From Deltaproteobacteria bacterium (GTDB lineage Bacteria; Desulfobacterota; Binatia; UBA12015): a stretch of DNA of 43,612 nt. The notes beneath the pieces are model-generated. The model saw only the letters and a list, made by a program, of their open reading frames with translations, was not told the DNA's origin and searched no databases. How positions within the stretch are numbered: the first letter of the stretch is position 1; each line of letters begins with the position of its first letter. Location of the stretch: assembly GCA_046583355.1 (NCBI GenBank), contig JAYGCM010000029.1:1-43612 (forward strand), written 5' to 3'. Positions 36,690-43,612 of this stretch are shown in pieces. The translations under genes were made by a program, and so were the position numbers.

Positions 36690-38279
36690 ATGGACCTATG
36701 CATGCATTGTCAGGGAACCAATAGCGCGGCGCCAGTGCGCGTCCGGTGGGGCATCCAACTCGGGCTGCTCGGCCTCACCTTCACCTTCGCCTTCCTGGTT
36801 GTCGCACCCGCGCTACACGGAATGCTCGAAGGCGTAGATGGCACGATCGGTCGCGCCACACCCCAATTGGTTGTGCTGCTCGGACTGATGCTCCTCAGCT
36901 GGGTCGCCCTCTTCGTGCGGCTTGCGCGACCCGTTTGCGAGGCCTGCAACGGCACGGCGCCGGGTTGGCTCTTCCAGGCATTGCCGAAGCAAGACGACGG
37001 CTTCCGCCCCGAGCGCCGCGGCTTCCTCCGCGCCACCGGCACGGCTGTCGCCGGTGGCGCGGTCGCGGCCACCGCGGGTGTGGGCGGGTTGCTCACACCG
37101 CATCGCCGTTGGATTCCAGTCGGCGGCGCAATGTTCGCCGACAACAAAACCATATCCGACATCCAGCATCCGGAATGGCAGGGTGCGCGCGTACAAAATT
37201 ACCGGCGCCTCGGCCGCACCGACGCCATGGTCTCCGACATCTCGATGGGTTCGGGCCGCGTCCGCGATGAGACGGGCAAAAGGGTCGCCATCGAGGCCAT
37301 CAACCGCGGCGTCAACTATTTCGATACGGCGCCTGATTATTCCCACGCGACCTCCGAGCGAATTCTCGGCGAAGCGATCCGCGAGACCGGCAATCGCCAC
37401 GAAATGTTCCTCGCGACCAAATTCTGCACCGCCGACGGCCACGTTCACGCCAACGCATCGGTCAAAGAGATCATGGCAACCGTTGATGGTAGCCTGCGCC
37501 GCCTGCAAACCGATTACGTCGACCTGGTTCATATCCACTCCTGCAACGACCTCGACCGCCTGCTCTCGCCGTCGACCCACGAGGCCTTCGACCGGCTCAA
37601 AGAGCAGGGCAAGGTGCGCTTCCTCGGCTTCAGCTCACATACGCCCGAGCTGCCCACGATCGCGCGCGCCGCGATGAAATCCGACCGCTTCGACGTGATG
37701 ATGCTGGCCTATCATTGGGGCCTATGGCCCGAGATCAGCGAGATCATGGAACAGGCCCATGCCATGGATATGGGCGTGGTCGCGATGAAGACGCTCAAGG
37801 GGGCGAAGGCGCAAAATCTGGCAGGCTTCGAGGGCGACAAAAAATCCTTCCCCCAGGCCGCCTTCCGCTGGGTGCTCTCCAACCAAAACGTATCGTGCCT
37901 GGTGGTTTCCTTCTACGAAGACAGCCAATGCGACGAGTATCTCTACGCCTCGGGCCAGTCCCCCCGCACGACCGATACGGCTACGCTCGAGCGCTACGAT
38001 AGGCTGGTATCAGCCGATTATTGCCGCCCGCATTGCGGCCAATGCCTCGACGCCTGCCCGCAGGACCGCCCGATCGACACGATCCTGCGCTACGATATGT
38101 ACCTGGCCGACTACGGCGACGCGGAGCGCGCGCGCGAGAAATACGGCAAACTCGTGAATTCCGGCCTGGATGCTGCGGGCTGCGAGGCCTGCCCGGCTCC
38201 TTGCGCCGGCGCCTGCCCCTATGAGCTCCCCATCCGCGCCAAAATGGTCCGCGCCCACGAACGCCTGATCGAAGTATAA
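36690..38279 (+). CDS. Aldo/keto reductase with C-terminal 2x[4Fe-4S] domain, internal twin-arginine motif and N-terminal membrane module
   Basis: YRRLGRT, GVNYFDTAPDY, FLATK, SLRRLQTDYVDLVHIH, GKVRFLGFSSH, AMKTL; CRPHCGQCLDACP and CEACPAPCAGACP; ERRGFL at 37011-37028. Confidence 0.88.
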   Translation: MDLCMHCQGTNSAAPVRVRWGIQLGLLGLTFTFAFLVVAPALHGMLEGVDGTIGRATPQLVVLLGLMLLSWVALFVRLARPVCEACNGTAPGWLFQALPKQDDGFRPERRGFLRATGTAVAGGAVAATAGVGGLLTPHRRWIPVGGAMFADNKTISDIQHPEWQGARVQNYRRLGRTDAMVSDISMGSGRVRDETGKRVAIEAINRGVNYFDTAPDYSHATSERILGEAIRETGNRHEMFLATKFCTADGHVHANASVKEIMATVDGSLRRLQTDYVDLVHIHSCNDLDRLLSPSTHEAFDRLKEQGKVRFLGFSSHTPELPTIARAAMKSDRFDVMMLAYHWGLWPEISEIMEQAHAMDMGVVAMKTLKGAKAQNLAGFEGDKKSFPQAAFRWVLSNQNVSCLVVSFYEDSQCDEYLYASGQSPRTTDTATLERYDRLVSADYCRPHCGQCLDACPQDRPIDTILRYDMYLADYGDAERAREKYGKLVNSGLDAAGCEACPAPCAGACPYELPIRAKMVRAHERLIEV

Positions 38280-38321
38280 TGCCCCCTGCTGCACCTGCGG
38301 ATTTCCGATAGACTGAAATCC

Positions 38322-38642
38322 ATGATGCATCGCACGAGAGCTTTTGCCGCCCTGATATCAGCCGCTTTGCTCGCCCAGCCGGCCACTGCCGAAACTTTGA
38401 AAAAATCGGCTAAATGCGTGATCCAACTGGATAAAGACAGCGGCATAGCGATCCTGGCTGCGCCTCGTGCCGAGCCTCCCCCGGAGGCACTCGCCTACCC
38501 CCTGACCGGCTTCGGCGACGCGGTGCCGGGCGACCTGGTGGTCCTCGACCGCAGCGAGGGCGTCACACTCAAGATCACCAGCAAGGCCGACCATGCCTGC
38601 GCGGCACTCCTGCCCGTCGCCGACCCGCATGCCCATCATTAG
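38322..38642 (+). CDS. Hypothetical small secreted protein
   Basis: Signal peptide ending ATA-E, two Cys, C-terminal DPHAHH, GC3-rich codons, TAGACT 7 nt upstream of the ATG. Confidence 0.7.
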   Translation: MMHRTRAFAALISAALLAQPATAETLKKSAKCVIQLDKDSGIAILAAPRAEPPPEALAYPLTGFGDAVPGDLVVLDRSEGVTLKITSKADHACAALLPVADPHAHH

Positions 38643-38760
38643 ACAATAAAAAAAGATCGCCATAACCTACTGTTTTAACATAGGTTTTTAGCCAACCGTA
38701 CCCGCTCGCCCTTGCGCCGAGGCCTTCCGCTCGCCAACTAATAGGCAGGAGGAAGGTTTT

Positions 38761-41550
38761 TTGGCACAGGCGAAGAACACCGCGACCACAACATCGCGCA
38801 CCGCAACGAAGAGCAATCCCAAGGGGGATCCGGCGAAAAAGCCTACGCCACGCCGCAAGGCGGTGGCGAAGCGTGCCCCCACCGTCCCGACGACGAAACC
38901 CAAGCCCGTCGGGCGCGCCGACGGCTCTTTCCGCCTCGGCCGCAATGTCGTGCCGGCGAGCTACCAGATCCATTTGCTGCCCGACCTGAACCGTGGCTAT
39001 TTTCGCGGCGAAGTCCTGATCCAGCTGGAGATCATCAAGCCGACGGCCACCATCGAGCTACACGCCGCCGATATGGACATCGACCAGGTGCAGATCCTTC
39101 CCACCGGCGGCCAGATCTACCGCCCCAACGCGCCCCCGCCGAGTGCTACGCCCGAGCAAAGGGGCGCCCGTGGTCGCCAACTCGCTAGCTTGGTGACGCC
39201 CAAACCCGGCCGCGAAACCGTCGAGATCAAATTCGCGCAGCCGCTCAGGGCCGGACAATATTCCCTCGGCATCGCCTTCCACGCCAAGCTGCAGAAGAAG
39301 CTGCGCGGATTCTATTCCGCGCAAAGCGGCAACCGCCGCTACGCCTTCACACAACTCGAAGCCGCCGATGCTCGGCGCTGCTTTCCCTGTTTTGACGAGC
39401 CGGATTTCAAGGCGAAGTTCACCTTCTCCGTGACCGCTCGCTCCGGCTTCACCGTGATCTCGAACAACCCGATGCGCCATTCCGATACCAATCCGAACGG
39501 CACGACAACCTGGCATTTCACCGAAACGCCGAAGATCTCCACCTACCTCTGCGCTGTCGGCGTTGGCGAATTGGTCAGCGAAGAACAACGCCACGTCGGC
39601 ACAGTCCCGGTGCGTGTCTGGCAGGTGCCGGAGAAGTCGCATCTCGCTGATTTCGCATTGGAATGCGCCGTCGCCTCGCTGCAATTGCTCGAGAAATATT
39701 TCGGCACACCCTACCCCTACGACAAATTGGATCTTGTCGCGGCTCCGGACTTCGAAGCCGGCGCGATGGAAAATGCCGGTGCGGTCTTCTTCCGCGAGAC
39801 CTTGCTCCTGGTCGACCCCGATACCGTCACTCTCGCCGAGAAAAAACGCGTGGCCGAGGTCATCGCGCATGAACTCGCGCATATGTGGTTCGGCAATCTC
39901 GTCACGATGAAATGGTGGGATGATCTCTGGCTGAACGAAGCCTTTGCCACTTGGATGGCCTTCAAGATCATCGACGAGTGGAAGCCGCAATGGCAGATGT
40001 GGAAGAACTTCGAGCCGCATCGCGCTGCGGCGCTTGGACTCGATTCGCTCACCCATACCCACCCCATCTACGCGCCGGTGAAGAACGCCACCGAAGCCAC
40101 CGAAAACTTCGATGCGATCACCTACGAAAAGGGCGCTTCGGTTGTCCGCATGGTCGAGCATTATCTCGGCCCACGCCCCTTCCAAAGGGGTGTGCGCGCC
40201 TATCTCAAGAAACACCGCGAATCGAACGCCGAAGGCAGCGACCTCTGGCGCGCCCTGGAGAAAGCCTCGGGAGTCGAGGTCGAAAGTCTGGTCAAAGCGT
40301 GGATCACCCAGCCCGGCTTCCCGGTCGTTACACTGGTGCCGGAAGACCAAGACGGTAAGCATGGTCTGCGGGTAACGCAGGAACGCTTTCTCGCGAGCCC
40401 GACCACCAAAGTCGCCAAGGGCACGCCGAGTACCTGGCCGATTCCCCTGGTCGTGCGCACGCCGGGCCGGGGCAAAAAGGCCCTCGCCCGCGACATGCTC
40501 ACGAGCAAATCCGGTTGGATCGCGCTGCCCGGAACCGAGATGCCGCCCTGGTATTACGGCAACGCCGCCGAAGGCGGGTTCTACCGCGTCCAGCACGATG
40601 CCGAAGCACTGGCCGCGCTCAGCCAAGGCGGCGGATCGCACCTCGCCGCGGTCGAGCGCATGGGCCTGATCGGCCACGAATGGGCGTTGGTGCGTGCGGG
40701 CAAAGCCGAAGTGGGGAACCTTCTTGACCTGCTCCAGGCCTTCGCCGGCGAGAGCGATTTCGAGGTTCTCGAAGCGATCAGCGCGCCCTTGGCGACGCTC
40801 GACGACCAGATCGCCAACTTTGCAGGCGACGCAACCCGAGCGGCCTTGCAGAGCTGGATCCGCGATACCTTCGGTCCCGCCTGGCGCAGCCTCGGCTGGG
40901 AAGGTGCCACCGATGAAAACTCACGGCTGCGGCGCGGCGCCCTGCTGCGCATTGTTGGCCTGCTGGGCGAAGACCCGCAGGTCGCCGAGGAAGCCGCCGT
41001 CCACTTCGACACCTACCTCGAAGACGTGACCGCCATCGACCCGAACCTTGCTGATGCGTTGGTGGCAATCGCTGCGCGCAACGGCGACCTCGAGCGCTTC
41101 ACCCGACTCCGGGCTTCGCTCGAATTTGCCGAGACGCCGCAAGAGAGGCGCCGCCACCAGCTGGCACTCGCCGATTTCCGCGAACCCAAGACGATCGACC
41201 AAAGCCTGAATATGACGCTGACGCCCGAGGTCGCGACCCAGGATGTCAGCTTCCTGCTGATGCGTTCCCTGGCCAACCGGGTAGCAAGGCCGCGGACGTG
41301 GAACTTCATCCGCGATAAATGGCCTAACCTGATCGACCGCCTGCCGCCGATGATGGCCTCGCGCCTGGTCGAATCCACCGCCGCGCTACAGACCAAAGAG
41401 TACCGCAAAGAGGTTGCCAGCTTCTTCAGAGCCAATCCGGTGCCCACAGGGACGCGCGCGCTGAAGCTCGCCTTGGAGCGCTTCGATGTCGGCGAGGAAC
41501 TGCGGCGCCGCTGCGGCCCGCAACTCCAGACCTGGCTCGAGAAGCGCTAG
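38761..41550 (+). CDS. M1-family zinc aminopeptidase (puromycin-sensitive/ERAP-type)
   Basis: TQLEAADARRCFPCFDEP, GAMEN, HELAH-x18-E (NEAFA), ITYEKGA, ERAP1-like C-terminal helical domain. TTG start follows AGGAGG. Confidence 0.95.
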   Translation: MAQAKNTATTTSRTATKSNPKGDPAKKPTPRRKAVAKRAPTVPTTKPKPVGRADGSFRLGRNVVPASYQIHLLPDLNRGYFRGEVLIQLEIIKPTATIELHAADMDIDQVQILPTGGQIYRPNAPPPSATPEQRGARGRQLASLVTPKPGRETVEIKFAQPLRAGQYSLGIAFHAKLQKKLRGFYSAQSGNRRYAFTQLEAADARRCFPCFDEPDFKAKFTFSVTARSGFTVISNNPMRHSDTNPNGTTTWHFTETPKISTYLCAVGVGELVSEEQRHVGTVPVRVWQVPEKSHLADFALECAVASLQLLEKYFGTPYPYDKLDLVAAPDFEAGAMENAGAVFFRETLLLVDPDTVTLAEKKRVAEVIAHELAHMWFGNLVTMKWWDDLWLNEAFATWMAFKIIDEWKPQWQMWKNFEPHRAAALGLDSLTHTHPIYAPVKNATEATENFDAITYEKGASVVRMVEHYLGPRPFQRGVRAYLKKHRESNAEGSDLWRALEKASGVEVESLVKAWITQPGFPVVTLVPEDQDGKHGLRVTQERFLASPTTKVAKGTPSTWPIPLVVRTPGRGKKALARDMLTSKSGWIALPGTEMPPWYYGNAAEGGFYRVQHDAEALAALSQGGGSHLAAVERMGLIGHEWALVRAGKAEVGNLLDLLQAFAGESDFEVLEAISAPLATLDDQIANFAGDATRAALQSWIRDTFGPAWRSLGWEGATDENSRLRRGALLRIVGLLGEDPQVAEEAAVHFDTYLEDVTAIDPNLADALVAIAARNGDLERFTRLRASLEFAETPQERRRHQLALADFREPKTIDQSLNMTLTPEVATQDVSFLLMRSLANRVARPRTWNFIRDKWPNLIDRLPPMMASRLVESTAALQTKEYRKEVASFFRANPVPTGTRALKLALERFDVGEELRRRCGPQLQTWLEKR

Positions 41551-41586
41551 AGGCCCGACCGAAAAGCCCGCCATCTCTACTACGCT

Positions 41587-41624
41587 TCGGCTGATCCGCA
41601 CGGCCTTTCGGCCGGATCAGCCGA
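41587..41624. terminator. Hairpin between convergent aminopeptidase and TauE genes
   Basis: TCGGCTGATCC-gcac-GGCC-tttc-GGCC-GGATCAGCCGA (GAAA tetraloop on the minus strand); overlaps the TauE stop. Confidence 0.55.
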
Positions 41625-42408
41625 TCGCGAGCTTGAGGCCCGTGCCGACCAGGAGCAATGCCAGCCCGAGGCGCAGCGGACCTGTCGGAACGTGTTGGGC
41701 GAGCCGGCTGCCCAGCCAGACGCCTGGCACGGAGCCAACCAGCAAGGCGAAGACAATCTGCCAATCCACATTGCCCGCAAACCAATGGGCAATGCCGGCG
41801 GAGCCGAGCAATACCGTCGCGTGGACAATATCGGTTCCGATCAGCACGAGTACCGGCAACTCGGAGGCCAAGAGCAGAATCGCCATCAGGACCGAGCCGG
41901 AACCAACCGAGGTCAAGCCGACACCGAGACCGATGAGGACGCCGCCCACGACCAGGATCGGCTCCTTGAACCGTTTCTGCACATGACGGTTGCGGATCAA
42001 GCGTGAGTCGCGCAACTGCCCCGAGAAAAACCAATGCTCGAGGATATTGACGACACCCACCAGGACCAGCATCACGCCGAGCAGATGCGGAATGAAGCTC
42101 TCGGGGTCGATTCCGAGCCCGTCCAGCCACGGCAGAATCCACAATACGGCGACCAGCGCGGCCGGTACCGAGCCGACGATCAGCCAGCGGATATAAGGAA
42201 AGTTCACCTGGCCGCGGCGGATATAGCTGATCGAGGCGAAGATCTTGGTGATGGTGGCATAGGCGAGGTCGGTGCCCACGGCCGTGATCGGCGAGATCTC
42301 GAAGACGATAATCAGCAGGGGCGTCATCAGCGCACCACCACCAACACCCGTCATGCCGACGAGAGTACCGACGATAAAGCCGGAGAGACTGAGACCTGGA
42401 TCCAACAC
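41617..42408 (-). CDS. TauE/SafE (DUF81) sulfite exporter family protein
   Basis: GTLVGMTGVGGGALMTP, AVGTDL, GLTSVGSG, IGTDIVHA, GSVPGVWLG. Start GTG 42408 has TAGTGT 7 nt upstream. Confidence 0.9.
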   Translation of the reverse strand: MLDPGLSLSGFIVGTLVGMTGVGGGALMTPLLIIVFEISPITAVGTDLAYATITKIFASISYIRRGQVNFPYIRWLIVGSVPAALVAVLWILPWLDGLGIDPESFIPHLLGVMLVLVGVVNILEHWFFSGQLRDSRLIRNRHVQKRFKEPILVVGGVLIGLGVGLTSVGSGSVLMAILLLASELPVLVLIGTDIVHATVLLGSAGIAHWFAGNVDWQIVFALLVGSVPGVWLGSRLAQHVPTGPLRLGLALLLVGTGLKLAIG

Positions 42409-42963
42409 CGCGCAAACACTAGCGGATACCCGATAAAGAGACCAGAAATCGGCCGGTTCCCGAGACGCATCCGCGTGAGGGAACTCATCGGCAGAGTTCC
42501 GCTGCGAGGTTAGCCTGCCTATCGCACCGAGCCGATGCACGCTTGCCCCGCCCAGAAGCATGCAAAATCATCATTTCACGCTTTTACGCGGAGTCGCCGA
42601 TACAATAGATTAGATGGAGCGACGCCCCAACGATGCCACCGCAGCCGTGAATGAATGGCGGGCCTTTTCGTCGAATCTCGTTGGAAAGACTGAATGAACA
42701 ACGAACACAGCCGACAATATAGCCGCAGCCACGCGCTCTGGAGCAGCACAGGCCGTGCCCCTTGGCAGGCAACTCGGGAGCTTGCGCACGAGAAGCCAAA
42801 TCGTGCAGAGTTGCGAGTGTCGGGCGCCGAACAAGCCAAAGCCGGCGGTGCCCATCCGGCACCACCGTTGCATAGTGGCAATAGATGACCGCCTCAGCCT
42901 ATTTGCCTACGTTCCGATCAGGTCATTTCATTATTCCGCATTCCCCCTCCAAAGGAGACTCTC

Positions 42964-43612
42964 TTGAAGGCTTATAGGCAGACCCACTCTCAGGCAGCAC
43001 ACGCCGCGACGACGAGCAGCGCTCGTCTCCAGGCATTCGTCTGGTTCGTTGCGGCCACACTGGCCATGGCAGCACTCCTCCTCGCTGGCTCGGCGCGTGC
43101 CGAGGCCCCGGCCACAGAGCGCATTGATATCACGCTGGATATCGAGAAATTGCCCGCGGCCGATCTGACCCGAGTTCGCGACCGCCTCCAGGCGATCGAC
43201 CTGGCGCTCACAAGCCAGACCAAGCTCTTCCGGTCCTTCGCCGCCCGCGAGGTTCTCGCCGAGTCTCTCCAGGTTCTGGCCGCAAACGGCGCCGATATCG
43301 GCGCGAGCGCGGTCATCAACTTCGACTCGATCGAAATCGATATTCCGGCCGGCACGCGCGACACCATCGCGGCATTGCCCTTGGCGCGACGCGTGCGCAC
43401 CCCCAGCCGGCCGATCCCCGCCAGCTTTCCCGACCCCAGCTACGACAGCGAATGGGGCGGTCCCCCACCCTATGGCCTGGGCTACTACGCCGCGCGCACG
43501 GCCGGCGTGACCGGCAGCGGCATCACCATCGCGATCCTCGATACGAATTGGGATTCCCTGAATCCGATCATCGCAGAAGGCGGCCATATCCCCGACGTCC
43601 CGGCCGATAATC
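42964..43612 (+). CDS. Secreted S8 (subtilisin-like) peptidase, N-terminal part (runs off the window)
   Basis: Not in the ORF track. TTG 42964 follows AAAGGAGA and the frame is open to the window end. Signal-like WFVAATLAMAALLLAGSARA, a propeptide, then AGVTGSGITIAILDT (subtilase catalytic Asp motif). Confidence 0.78.
   Translation, partial: MKAYRQTHSQAAHAATTSSARLQAFVWFVAATLAMAALLLAGSARAEAPATERIDITLDIEKLPAADLTRVRDRLQAIDLALTSQTKLFRSFAAREVLAESLQVLAANGADIGASAVINFDSIEIDIPAGTRDTIAALPLARRVRTPSRPIPASFPDPSYDSEWGGPPPYGLGYYAARTAGVTGSGITIAILDTNWDSLNPIIAEGGHIPDVPADN

Noticed and set aside
38655..38695. dif/Xer recombination site (CTATGTTAAAA on the minus strand resembles the XerD arm)
   Set aside because: No XerC-like arm at the required 6-nt spacing.
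1..43612. CRISPR array, IS element, prophage, rRNA/tRNA or known riboswitch
   Set aside because: I saw no regularly spaced repeats, terminal inverted repeats, mobility genes or recognisable RNA consensus by eye. An Infernal/Rfam scan would be needed to exclude small RNAs.

Overview
High-GC (roughly 60-65% by eye) bacterial chromosomal segment. It is gene-dense, with about 36 CDS, and I see no rRNA, tRNA, CRISPR array, transposase, integrase or phage genes. The gene content resembles a Myxococcota/Binatota-type lipid-degrading heterotroph (inference only). Metabolic genes: a two-gene acyl-CoA carboxylase (biotin carboxylase cut by the left edge), acyl-CoA dehydrogenase, quinone oxidoreductase, CitE-like lyase with pterin dehydratase, an MBL-fold sulfatase/sulfotransferase/SDR operon, MaoC hydratase, FadA5-like thiolase, acetoacetate-decarboxylase-family protein and alpha/beta hydrolase. 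Housekeeping and transport: rimO, mfd, kup, flap endonuclease, M1 aminopeptidase, bile-acid:Na symporter, TauE exporter. Other: a vapBC toxin-antitoxin pair, two HD-domain proteins, a doubly inactivated alkylglycerol-monooxygenase-like gene, a PPIase-HupE/UreJ pair, and an S8 protease cut by the right edge. The most notable signals are (i) a -10-like hexamer 6-8 nt upstream of the start codon of 12 genes lacking a Shine-Dalgarno, suggesting pervasive leaderless transcription; (ii) an Fe-S aldo/keto reductase with an unusual CxxC-TM-TM-CxxC N-terminal module followed by an internal twin-arginine motif; (iii) a sulfatase-like MBL with an altered metal site coupled to a sulfotransferase; and (iv) the AGMO-like pseudogene. 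I did not find one unmistakable novel multi-gene system; these are candidates.
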